Source: Collinsella sp.
GTDB taxonomy: Bacteria; Actinomycetota; Coriobacteriia; Coriobacteriales; Coriobacteriaceae
Assembly: GCA_019414565.1 (NCBI GenBank)
Contig: DXLU01000007.1
Location: 2,191-66,190 of the forward strand
DNA: 64,000 bases
Direction of reading: 5' to 3'
Of the stretch, positions 27,495 to 36,240 are shown one piece after another (the stretch's first letter is position 1; every line of letters begins with the position of its first letter). Made by a program: the position numbers and the translations under genes. Below the pieces are notes generated by a model, which saw only the letters and a program-made list of their open reading frames with translations, made no database searches and had not been told where the DNA came from.

Positions 27495-27539
27495 CAGATA
27501 AAACCTGCCAAAATAAACCTGTCCCTTTTTGGCAGGTTA
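27495..27539 (-). terminator. Conserved hairpin terminator module (copy 1) embedding the rph stop codon
   Basis: The minus strand reads TAACCTGCCAAAAAGGGACAGGTTTATTTTGGCAGGTTTTATCTG, with a 12-bp stem AACCTGCCAAAA/TTTTGGCAGGTT. The sequence is about 90% identical to 53357-53401. Confidence 0.7.
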
Positions 27540-28262
27540 GACGAGGGCCTGGCGCTGGAGCTCGATGAGCTCGGCAATGCCCTTGTCGCCCAAATCGAGC
27601 AGGGCATTGAGGCGCTTGCGGTCGAAGGGCGCCTGCTCGCCAGTGCCCTGGAGCTCGATCATCTCACCGGTATCGGTGGCGACAAGATTCATGTCGACCT
27701 CGGCGTGACTGTCCTCAGAATAATCCAGGTCGAGCAGGGTGTTGCCGTCGACGACACCCATGGAGATGGCGGCAACTTGGCCGGTAAGCGGAATGCGTTC
27801 GAGCTTGCCCGCCTCGACCCACATGGCAAGCGCATCGTGCAGCGCTACCCAGGCGCCGGTAATGCTCGCCGTACGCGTGCCGCCGTCTGCCTGAATCACG
27901 TCGCAGTCGACGGTGACGGTATACTCGCCGAGCGCCTTCATGTTGACGACGGTACGCAGGCTGCGGCCAATGAGGCGCTCGATTTCCATGGAGCGACCCT
28001 TGCGGTTGGCGTGCTCGCGCTTGCAGCGCTTGCCGGTCGATGCCGGCAGCATGGCATACTCCGCCGTTACCCAACCGGCCTTGGCGCCCTTGCGCCAGCC
28101 CGGCACGCCCTCCTCGATGGTGGCAGCGCACAGCACGCGCGTATCGCCAAACTCGGCCAGGCACGAACCGTGGGCATGCTTCATGACGCCGCGAGTAAGC
28201 TTGATGGGGCGCAACTCATCGGCGGCGCGGCCGTTGGCGCGATTGACCTGCATATACTCCAT
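27537..28262 (-). CDS. rph: Ribonuclease PH
   Basis: RANGRAADELRPIKLTRGVMKHAHGSCLAEFGDTRVLC is typical of RNase PH. The rph-rdgB gene pair is conserved. Confidence 0.96.
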   Translation of the reverse strand: MEYMQVNRANGRAADELRPIKLTRGVMKHAHGSCLAEFGDTRVLCAATIEEGVPGWRKGAKAGWVTAEYAMLPASTGKRCKREHANRKGRSMEIERLIGRSLRTVVNMKALGEYTVTVDCDVIQADGGTRTASITGAWVALHDALAMWVEAGKLERIPLTGQVAAISMGVVDGNTLLDLDYSEDSHAEVDMNLVATDTGEMIELQGTGEQAPFDRKRLNALLDLGDKGIAELIELQRQALV

Positions 28263-28317
28263 AGAAAAATCCTTTCGGCAAAAGGTGGACGTGAGCCTTT
28301 GGTCGGTGCCCTTATAT

Positions 28318-29202
28318 CTATTTCAGCTCATCGATATCGATATGCTCAATGCTCTTGAGCGGCTGGCCAAAGATAAAGCTGCCCGCCACCGCAAACTCGG
28401 CAATGTTATCGGCCGTCGTTGCAAAGCGATGCTGCGGCTCGGCGGCGTCGCCCGCCAGCTGCTCGCGGCGCGTGAGGATATCGGTCAGCTCGCGCGTGGT
28501 CTCCTCGGCGGAACTCACGACGCGCACCCCAGACCCCAGCGCATGGCGGATAGGTCCCACCAACAGCGGAAAATGCGTACAGCCGAGCACCACGGTATCG
28601 ATACCGTGGTCGCGCAGCGGCTCAACCGTGGCACCCACCAGCGCACGCACGGCAGGCGTATCGAAGATGTCCTCGTTCTCAAGCCACTGCTCCTGCAGAT
28701 GCGCACCCGAGGCGAGCTCGTGCTCAACGACCTCGACAAAGCTCGAGGCAGGGCAGCCGTATACGTCGACACCGGCATCCAGGTCCTGAATGGCGCGCGT
28801 GTAAGCACCCGAGCGAATGGTGAGGTTGGTGGCGAGCACGCCCACCCGGCGCGTGCGGGTGCTGTTGATTGCCGCGCGTGCGCCCGGTGCGATCACACCG
28901 ATGACGGGGACGTCGAGCACCTGCTGGGCCAAACGCAAGGCCGCAGCGGTCGCTGTATTGCAGGCGATGACCATGATCTTGACGTCGTGCTTCGACAGCC
29001 AACGGCCCGTCTGCAGTGCAAACGAACGCACCTCGTCCTCGGTACGGGTGCCGTAGGGGCAGCGCTTGGTGTCGCCAAAGTAGTAGACGGACTCGTGCGG
29101 CAACGCCGTCGCAATCGCGCGCGCAACCGTCAGACCGCCCAAACCAGAATCGAACACGCCAATCGGGCGCGTGTCGCCTGTCGGATTCTCGATATCGGAC
29201 AT
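28318..29202 (-). CDS. murI: Glutamate racemase
   Basis: IGVFDSGLGGLTV ... IACNTA ... LGCTHFP are signature motifs. The start is at the ATG (Met8); the ORF-track start is a TTG. Confidence 0.93.
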   Translation of the reverse strand: MSDIENPTGDTRPIGVFDSGLGGLTVARAIATALPHESVYYFGDTKRCPYGTRTEDEVRSFALQTGRWLSKHDVKIMVIACNTATAAALRLAQQVLDVPVIGVIAPGARAAINSTRTRRVGVLATNLTIRSGAYTRAIQDLDAGVDVYGCPASSFVEVVEHELASGAHLQEQWLENEDIFDTPAVRALVGATVEPLRDHGIDTVVLGCTHFPLLVGPIRHALGSGVRVVSSAEETTRELTDILTRREQLAGDAAEPQHRFATTADNIAEFAVAGSFIFGQPLKSIEHIDIDELK

Positions 29203-29253
29203 TACCTCACCAGTCTCTCTCAAAAAGACATGTCCAAGTGCGGCGACGCCGCG

Positions 29254-30165
29254 CTACGAACGCGCCGCGACCAGCAGCTCTGCCGTCGCCGCCCAACCGT
29301 CGACAATTTTGCCGCGCGTAACGAAAGCGTTCTCGCAAGCAGCCAGGAACTCGGGCGCGCCGGCGCTCGTCAGGCCATTCTCGACCAGGCAGAACGTGCC
29401 CACGTGATCGGCCATGTAGAAGTCGGACTCGGAATCGCCGAGCGCGAGCGTCTCCTCGCGCTCAATCCCCAGGTGCTCGCAGAAGCGCGCGATGGCAACG
29501 CCCTTGTTGAGGCCGGCGGGATTGATGTTAAACGCGCGACCGTCCTCGACGCGATCGAGCTCGAGCGTCGTCGGCTTGGACAGATGCGTCAGGTGACCGT
29601 TACAGGCCCACACCAGGCCGCAGCCGGCCTCGTCCAGGATGGCCTGGACCTCATTGTCGGGCACATCGCCGCGCATGCCGACGGTGACCTCGCGGTACTT
29701 GTAGCCGGTCGACATGTCGTTGTGATACTCGATCTTGTGCGGCCAGCGGGCAAGAATCTTCTCGCACACGCCGGTCTGCTCGATCACCTGGTGCGGAGTA
29801 AGGCCGCAGGCGGGGTCGTAAGGCATGTCGCCAGTCAGATACTCCCAATCGTTGGCTTTGAGGTCGTACATGACCAGGCCGCCCATCTCACCGATGTAGG
29901 AGTTGAGGCCGAGCACGCGCGCATCCTCGTGGATCATGGTACGGTTGCGGCCCGAGGTGGGAACCACCTGAATACCAGCGCGGGCAAGTGCCACGACGGC
30001 CTCGACGAGTTTGGTCGAGGGGTTACCGTCGTTGTCGCGCAGCACGCACGAGCCGGGCGCGAGCATCGTGGCATCCAGGTCGGTAAAGACGTACTTGACC
30101 TTGGCCAAGCGCTCGCGCATCTCGCCCGAAAGCTCGGCAACGGTCGGCAGGGTGTTGTGGGACAT
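29254..30165 (-). CDS. HAD-IIB family hydrolase (Cof/sugar-phosphate phosphatase-like)
   Basis: YVFTDLDATML (motif I), VVPTSGRN (motif II) and LALGDSESD (motif IV) are present. The start is at Met15, with a GGAG SD 6 nt upstream. Confidence 0.75.
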   Translation of the reverse strand: MSHNTLPTVAELSGEMRERLAKVKYVFTDLDATMLAPGSCVLRDNDGNPSTKLVEAVVALARAGIQVVPTSGRNRTMIHEDARVLGLNSYIGEMGGLVMYDLKANDWEYLTGDMPYDPACGLTPHQVIEQTGVCEKILARWPHKIEYHNDMSTGYKYREVTVGMRGDVPDNEVQAILDEAGCGLVWACNGHLTHLSKPTTLELDRVEDGRAFNINPAGLNKGVAIARFCEHLGIEREETLALGDSESDFYMADHVGTFCLVENGLTSAGAPEFLAACENAFVTRGKIVDGWAATAELLVAARS

Positions 30166-30272
30166 GGTTACTCCGTTTACGTAGAAGGGTTTGGACTTGG
30201 ACGGCATGTTTTGATTGAGGGAACACGCTTATGGCGACAGCGCACTCAGGGCGCCGCCGCCATCATGGTTCA

Positions 30273-31835
30273 TTAGTCAAACTGGGTAACATCGATCAGG
30301 CGATTGGCCAGCGAAAGGTCGCTCTCGATGGGCACGAACTCGTCGCCCACGTGCATGAGCTCCTCGTCACCCTTTGCCAGCAGCAAGACAATGGTGGGAG
30401 CATCGGGGTTGACGTACTCCTCGCGCGCCGCCTTGAACGCCGCATGCACAGCGGCTTCGCGGTCGAGGATGATCTTGTTCGGCGTATCGTCGGGAACATG
30501 CTCGGCAAGCTCGCGACAGACCTTCATCGGGTCCTCGTGAGCCGGGTCCTCGTTGGCAAAGATCATCAGGTCGGAATATGGTGCGGCCTCGCGCGGAAGC
30601 TGCTCGCGGCGCTCCTGCGCCTTGCCGCCGGCAGCGCCAAACACTGCAATGACTGGACTAGCGGGAAACGCGCGCTTGACCGACGAGAAAAGCGAACGGA
30701 ACGAAAGCTGGTTGTGCGCATAGTCAACGACGCAGATCACGCGGCCGTCCTTCGACTCCACGACCTCCATACGGCCCGGCACACGCAGTTTGGAGAGGCC
30801 CTTCTTGATAGCCTCGATACCGATGCCGATCTCGCGCGCAGCGGCGATAGCGACCAGCGCGTTTTCCACGTTAAAGTCGCCCGCGATGCCCAGCAGGACC
30901 TTCTCCCCCGCCTCGGACTCGTCGGCACACAGGCCATGCAGGTTAAACTCGATGTTAAAGCCGACCATGCGTACATCGCTCGCCCACAGGCTTGCCTCGG
31001 GATGCTCGACGCCAACGGTCACCAAGTGCTCGGCCGTCGACGCTGCCTCCAACACACGGTCAACCTCTTCGGTGCCCAGATTCACCACGGCGGTCTTTGC
31101 CTGGTCAAAGATCCTGAGTTTGCTCTCAAAATAATCCTCAAACGTGGGGTGTTCGATCGGTGAGATGTGGTCACGGCCGATGTTGAGGAAGCACGCCACG
31201 TCAAACGGCAGATTCTCGACGCGTTGGTACTTGAGCGCCTGGCTCGAGACCTCCATGACCATGGACTGGCGACCTGACGTGCGGCAGTTGGCGATATGGC
31301 GCCAGACCTCTGGGGCCTCGGGCGTAGTATTGGTGCTCTCGTAGCACTCGATGCCATCGTCGGTACTCACCGAGCCGATCATGCCGCAGGACTCGCCCGC
31401 CGCTTTGATGATGGACTGGAGCATAAAAGCGGTCGTGGTCTTTCCCTTGGTACCGGTGATACCCACGATCTTGACGTCGTGGTCGGGACGGTCGTAGACC
31501 TCCGGCGGCAACAGGGCCATGGCCGTGCGAACGCTATCAACAACCAGCATCGCAGCACCGCTCTCCTGCGCCAGCGGCTCCAGAGACTCGACCAGCGACT
31601 CCTCGCACACAAATGCGACGGCGCCCGCATCGAGCGCCATGCTCAAAAACGCGGGCTTAAAGGCAGTGCCTTTGCAAAAGAACACGTCACCCGCCGAGAC
31701 CGTACGCGAATCAAACGAGCAGCCGGTCACGGCACGCTCGTCAACCTGCTCTGACGCGCGCAGCTCGCCGCACACATCGAGAAGCTTGGCAAGCGTATCG
31801 ACCGTGGTCACGGTCGCGGAATCCGAATGGTGCAT
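30273..31835 (-). CDS. murE: Mur ligase, MurE-like (UDP-MurNAc-L-Ala-D-Glu : diamino acid ligase)
   Basis: The N-terminus contains FDSRTVSAGDVFFCKG. The P-loop is GITGTKGKTTT, and the middle and C-terminal Mur ligase domains are present. Where DAP-type enzymes carry DNPR, this protein has NEDPAHEDP. Confidence 0.8.
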   Translation of the reverse strand: MHHSDSATVTTVDTLAKLLDVCGELRASEQVDERAVTGCSFDSRTVSAGDVFFCKGTAFKPAFLSMALDAGAVAFVCEESLVESLEPLAQESGAAMLVVDSVRTAMALLPPEVYDRPDHDVKIVGITGTKGKTTTAFMLQSIIKAAGESCGMIGSVSTDDGIECYESTNTTPEAPEVWRHIANCRTSGRQSMVMEVSSQALKYQRVENLPFDVACFLNIGRDHISPIEHPTFEDYFESKLRIFDQAKTAVVNLGTEEVDRVLEAASTAEHLVTVGVEHPEASLWASDVRMVGFNIEFNLHGLCADESEAGEKVLLGIAGDFNVENALVAIAAAREIGIGIEAIKKGLSKLRVPGRMEVVESKDGRVICVVDYAHNQLSFRSLFSSVKRAFPASPVIAVFGAAGGKAQERREQLPREAAPYSDLMIFANEDPAHEDPMKVCRELAEHVPDDTPNKIILDREAAVHAAFKAAREEYVNPDAPTIVLLLAKGDEELMHVGDEFVPIESDLSLANRLIDVTQFD

Positions 31836-31946
31836 CTTTCACCTTTCTCAGCCATTTGGCAGGGACGGTTTTTATAGTAACTGAAACGCACCACGCAAAA
31901 ACGGCTCCCGGAGGAGCCGTTACGCGCAGGCGTTCGTAAGCCGAGG

Positions 31947-33827
31947 CTAGGCAGCCTGAACAGCGGGCTGGTCCTCGTCGATAAAGAAGCGCTTGTACCA
32001 CACCAGGAACACGAGCGGCGTATAGATCTTGCGCTGGAAATCGCCCTTGCCCGCAAAGTGCAGATCGAGCAGGTGCATGAGCTCGTCGGTATCGAAGAAC
32101 TCGCTTGCCCACGGCGCGGTGAAGTACTCCTTGACATAGTCGTACCACTTTTGCTCGCGCAGCCAGTAGACAATCGGCACCGGGAAGCCCACCTTGGGAC
32201 GGGTGGCCCACTCATCGGGCAGCGACTTGTTGGCAGCGTGGCGGAGTACCTGTTTGTTGCCGTTCTCGTTGATGCGGTAGCGATCGGGAATGTGCTCGGC
32301 GAACTCCATGACTTTGCGGTCCAGGAAGGGCACGCGCAGCTCCAGCGAGTGCGCCATGCACATCTTGTCGGCCTTGAGCAGAATGTCGCCCGGGAGCCAC
32401 ATGTTCATATCCAGGTACTGCTTCTTGACCAACTCGGGCTGACCCTTCACGCGCGCATAGATGGGGGCGGCAAGCTCGAAGGCGCCATCGCCGGTGTTGT
32501 ACTCGGGCTTGAGCACGCCGTCGACCTCGCGCTCCGGCCATACCAGAGCCTGTCCCAGGAACGACTTCTCGGGGATCTCGGCACCCTTGACCAGGAAGTT
32601 ATGTCCCTTGAAGTACGGCATATGCAACGCCAGGTTACCGAGCGCGCGACGGATGGGCAGCGGCACCATCTTTTTGTACTTGCGCACCGGAACCGTGTCC
32701 TCGTAGTAGGCGTAGCCGCCAAAGAGCTCGTCGGCGCCTTCGCCCGAAAGCACGACGGTGACGTCCTTGCGCGCCATCTCGGCCAAGAACCACAACGGCA
32801 CAGACGACAGGTTGGACTGTGGCTCGTCCATGTGATACTGAATGTCCTCGAGTGCGCCAAAGAACTCGTCGGCGGTGATCATCTTGCGAACATTCTCGAC
32901 GCCAAGCTTGTCGGAAAGTTCCTTGGCGTAGTTAGTCTCGTTGAAATTCTTGTAATCGAAGCCCACCGAGAAGGTCTTGTCGGGCATGAGGCAAGCGGCG
33001 ATGTAGCTGGAGTCGACGCCGCCGGAGAGGAACGACGCGACCTTGACGTCGGCGATGCGATGGGCCTCGACGCTCTCGTGCACGACCTCGTCCAGCTCGT
33101 CGACGTACTCCTCGAACGGCTTCTCGACGGCAGAGTAATCGCAATCCCAGTAGCGCTCGATGTTCATCTTGCCGGTCGGGATATCGACGGTAAAGTAGTG
33201 CGCCGGCGGCAGCTTGTAGACACCCTCGAAGAAGGTCTCCTCGGTTGCCGAATACTGCAGCGTCATGTACGGACGCAGGGCCTTTTTGTTGACCGCCTTG
33301 TGGAAGTGCGGGTAGTCCAGGAAGCTCTTGATCTCGGAACCGAAGAGCACGCCCGGAGCGCCGTCGCCCGCATCGGCCATGGGATAGTAGTAGAGCGGCT
33401 TGATGCCAAAGATATCGCGGGCGCCAAAAAGCTTATTCTTCTTCTTGTCCCAGATGACGAAGGCGTACATACCGCGCAAGCGATCGAGTACTGCCTCGCC
33501 CCACTCCTCATAGCCGTGCAGGAGGCTCTCGGTGTCGGCGCCGCAGTGGAACTTGTAGCCCTTGGCCTCGAGCTCGGAACGGAGTTCTTGGAAGTTGTAG
33601 ATCTCGCCGTTGAAGACAATGACGACGCTACCGTCCTCATTGGCCATGGGCTGAGCGCCGGCCTCGGTCAGGTCGAGGATCGACAAGCGGCGGAAGCCGA
33701 GGGCAACGCGGCCGTCGATAAACTGGCCGCCCATGTCGGGACCACGATGGACGATGCGGTCCATCATCTTGGTGAGCACCTCGGATTGGTTATCCGTCCC
33801 ACCGACAAAACCGACAAAACCGCACAT
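31947..33827 (-). CDS. asnB: Asparagine synthase (glutamine-hydrolysing), AsnB family
   Basis: MCGFVGF provides the Ntn Cys2. GFRRLSILD and the PP-loop SFLSGGVDSS are present. Confidence 0.92.
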   Translation of the reverse strand: MCGFVGFVGGTDNQSEVLTKMMDRIVHRGPDMGGQFIDGRVALGFRRLSILDLTEAGAQPMANEDGSVVIVFNGEIYNFQELRSELEAKGYKFHCGADTESLLHGYEEWGEAVLDRLRGMYAFVIWDKKKNKLFGARDIFGIKPLYYYPMADAGDGAPGVLFGSEIKSFLDYPHFHKAVNKKALRPYMTLQYSATEETFFEGVYKLPPAHYFTVDIPTGKMNIERYWDCDYSAVEKPFEEYVDELDEVVHESVEAHRIADVKVASFLSGGVDSSYIAACLMPDKTFSVGFDYKNFNETNYAKELSDKLGVENVRKMITADEFFGALEDIQYHMDEPQSNLSSVPLWFLAEMARKDVTVVLSGEGADELFGGYAYYEDTVPVRKYKKMVPLPIRRALGNLALHMPYFKGHNFLVKGAEIPEKSFLGQALVWPEREVDGVLKPEYNTGDGAFELAAPIYARVKGQPELVKKQYLDMNMWLPGDILLKADKMCMAHSLELRVPFLDRKVMEFAEHIPDRYRINENGNKQVLRHAANKSLPDEWATRPKVGFPVPIVYWLREQKWYDYVKEYFTAPWASEFFDTDELMHLLDLHFAGKGDFQRKIYTPLVFLVWYKRFFIDEDQPAVQAA

Positions 33828-33995
33828 ATACTATCCCCTCTGCTGTTGCTGGGCATCAAATCGAATCAGTAGCTTTTGAGTATACCCGAGGGCGTAAAGA
33901 GGGGCGGAATGTTCAGGCAATCTCAACTGAATCAGCTCCGCTGTGACACGCGACGGTTACCTTTAATGGATATGAGATGAATGAGGCGATTGTTT

Positions 33996-34004
33996 TGCTA
34001 TACT
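33996..34004 (+). promoter_or_regulatory. Possible extended -10 (TGcTATACT) for tRNA-Val
   Basis: The motif ends about 10 nt upstream of the mature tRNA 5' end. No clear -35 was found. Confidence 0.3.
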
Positions 34005-34014
34005 TTCTCCGCAC

Positions 34015-34090
34015 GGGCGATTGGCGCAACGGTTAGCGCAGGTGCTTTACACGCACAAGGCTGGGGGTTCGAATCCCTCATCGCCCACCA
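34015..34090 (+). tRNA. trnV: tRNA-Val (anticodon TAC)
   Basis: Cloverleaf: acceptor GGGCGAT/ATCGCCC, D stem GCGC/GCGC, anticodon loop TTTACAC, T-loop TTCGAAT, CCA encoded. Confidence 0.9.
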
Positions 34091-34540
34091 CTGATTTGGA
34101 AACGGTCCTCGAAAGGGGACCGTTTTTTGTTTGGGCCCATTTCATGGGATTCGAACCCGCAAGGGTGCGGAGCTGAGGAAACGCGAAGCGTTTTCCAGCG
34201 CAGCACGCGAGGGCCGTAGGCCCGAAGCGAGAGCGGGCGGCGTCAGCCGCACGCGACATCCCTCATCGCCCACCATTGAATTGGATACGGTCCTCGCAAG
34301 GGGACCGTTTTTGTTTGGGCCCAGCGCATGGGATTCGAACCCGACAGGGTGCGAAGCTGAGGAAACGCGAAGCGTTTTCCAGCGCAGCACGCGAGGGCCG
34401 CAGGCCCGAAGCGAAAGCGGGCGGCGTCAGCCGCACGCGACATCCCTCATCGCCCACCACTGATATTGGAAACGGTCCTCGCAAGGGGACCGTTTTTGTT
34501 TGTGCCCATCGCAGAGGGATTCGAACCCGCCAGCACGTCT
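34073..34540 (+). repeat. About 2.5 tandem copies of a ~185-bp unit, each starting with the last 18 nt of tRNA-Val plus a terminator hairpin
   Basis: ATCCCTCATCGCCCACCA occurs at 34073, 34258 and 34442, giving periods of 185 and 184 nt. Each copy is followed by ggtcctcg-aaa-ggggaccgTTTTTgttt. Each also carries a reverse-oriented tRNA T-arm-like piece (gggattcgaaccc). Confidence 0.85.
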
Positions 34541-34572
34541 GTCACAAAGGCTGTGGCCAAAAAATGGCAAAA

Positions 34573-34752
34573 ATGAGTACTGTTACTAATTTTGTAGCAG
34601 CGGTTTTTGGGTTTCGCTGGGTAAATCTAGCCCTGAATCAGCGATTTGAAGCCTTTGCTAGCTGTTTTCCCATTAACATAACTGAACATGTGTGGTCTAA
34701 CTAATCCTAGATAGTCGGTTTCATATGAGATTCAACTGGTAACAGTACTCAT
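34573..34752. repeat. Low-GC ~180-bp segment bounded by a perfect 14-bp inverted repeat (ATGAGTACTGTTAC / GTAACAGTACTCAT)
   Basis: The arms are at 34573-34586 and 34739-34752. The interior is markedly AT-richer than the flanks and holds no convincing ORF. Confidence 0.7.
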
Positions 34753-34887
34753 ATTTGATGTTTTTTGACCAGCAGGTCCCCCTGCCTTAGCAAATCTAAG
34801 GCAAAACGGGCTCCAGACCGCTGAATCATGCCGCATAGGGCACGTCCGCAGTCCGGAACCCGGTCCAAATTGAGTTATTGCGCCGCG

Positions 34888-36171
34888 TTAGCCCAAGACA
34901 CCCGACAGGATCTCGATCAGACTGTCCACGTCGGCTTCCTCGCAGACGAGCGGCGGCAGGAAACGCAGCGTATGGGTACCCGTAGCGTTAATCACGGCAC
35001 CAGCCCCCAATGCACGGGCCACAACGTCGTGTGCATCACCCACAGTATCGTCCAGATCGCAGCCGAGCATCAAGCCGCGGCCACGCACCTCGGTCACGTT
35101 CGGCAGCTTGGCGAGCTTTGCCTCCATATAGGCGCCTACCTTGGCAACATGGTCGGCATAATCGCCGTGCACGAGCGCGGAGAGCGTCGCGGCACACGCC
35201 GCGATGGCCAAGCAGCTACCGCCAAAGGTCGAGCCGTGGTCGCCCGGCTTAAACACGTCGGCAATCTCCTTCTTTGCCACGACGGCACCCATGGGCACGC
35301 CGTCGGCAATGCCCTTGGCAAGGCTCATGATGTCGGGCTCCACGCCATAGGTTTGGAACGCAAATGGCTTGCCGGAGCGGAAGATGCCGCACTGGACCTC
35401 GTCGGCGATAAGCACGGCGCCCACTTCGTGTGCCAAGTCGCGCGCTGCCGCCATAAACTCCTCGGTCATAGGGTGCACGCCACTCTCACCCTGGATCGGT
35501 TCGAGCATTACAGCGCATATTTCACTGCCCAGCTGCTTAAAGATCGCACGCAGCTCGTCCACATCGTTGGGCGTGCAGGCCACAAAGCCACCCGGCAGCG
35601 GGCGGAAGCTGTCCTGCAGCCAATCCTGCATGGTGGCGGCAATGGTCTCGAGCGTACGGCCGTGGAAGCCGCCGCGCATGCACACGATGGTGTTGCCGCC
35701 ATTACCGGCACGCTTGGCGTACAGGCGCGCGAGCTTCATCGAGCCCTCGTTGGCCTCGGCGCCAGAGTTGGCAAAGAAGGTCTCCCAAACCTGCTCATCC
35801 GCAGCCGGGGCACCAAGAGCAGCTGCCGTGGTCTCATCGCCGGCGGCAATGGCATCGGCAAGCACGCGCGCACCATCTACGTCGTCGTTAGCAAGCTTGG
35901 ACAGCAGCGCCGCGACCTGTCCACGCTGCTCGATGTAGAAGTAATTGGAGACATGCATGAGCTTTTTGGTCTGTGCCTCGAGCGCCGAGAGCACAGCCGG
36001 GTCGCCATGACCTAGGCTGCACACGCCGATGCCGGCAAGAAAGTCGAGGTACTCACGGCCATCGTCGCCGGTGAGCTTCATGCCGTGACCCTCGACAAAC
36101 TCGACCGGAGAGCGGCCAAAGGTATGCATAACGTAATGGGATTCAAGCGATTGCTGAGCTGCAAGTGACAT
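34888..36171 (-). CDS. argD: Acetylornithine aminotransferase
   Basis: Class III aminotransferase pattern (DFLAGIGVCSLGH ... ADEVQCGIFRSGK). It is the last gene of the arg cluster. Confidence 0.92.
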   Translation of the reverse strand: MSLAAQQSLESHYVMHTFGRSPVEFVEGHGMKLTGDDGREYLDFLAGIGVCSLGHGDPAVLSALEAQTKKLMHVSNYFYIEQRGQVAALLSKLANDDVDGARVLADAIAAGDETTAAALGAPAADEQVWETFFANSGAEANEGSMKLARLYAKRAGNGGNTIVCMRGGFHGRTLETIAATMQDWLQDSFRPLPGGFVACTPNDVDELRAIFKQLGSEICAVMLEPIQGESGVHPMTEEFMAAARDLAHEVGAVLIADEVQCGIFRSGKPFAFQTYGVEPDIMSLAKGIADGVPMGAVVAKKEIADVFKPGDHGSTFGGSCLAIAACAATLSALVHGDYADHVAKVGAYMEAKLAKLPNVTEVRGRGLMLGCDLDDTVGDAHDVVARALGAGAVINATGTHTLRFLPPLVCEEADVDSLIEILSGVLG

Positions 36172-36240
36172 GGGATGCCTTTCGTTGGGCGCCAGACGGC
36201 GCAGGGCTATGGGTGCAGGAATGGGGCGGCTGCGGGTCAG

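Noticed and set aside
34047-34484. A family of repeated 66-82-aa ORFs on both strands (for example MSRAADAARSRFGP...) within the tRNA-Val-linked tandem repeat.
   Set aside because: The ORFs exist only because the DNA unit is repeated. They overlap each other in several frames, run through terminator hairpins and tRNA-like fragments, and have no SD or recognisable fold. I treated them as non-coding repeat.
34073-34540. The tandem repeat could be a CRISPR array.
   Set aside because: The period is ~185 bp and whole units are homologous, so there is no alternation of short conserved repeats with unique spacers. No cas genes occur in the window.
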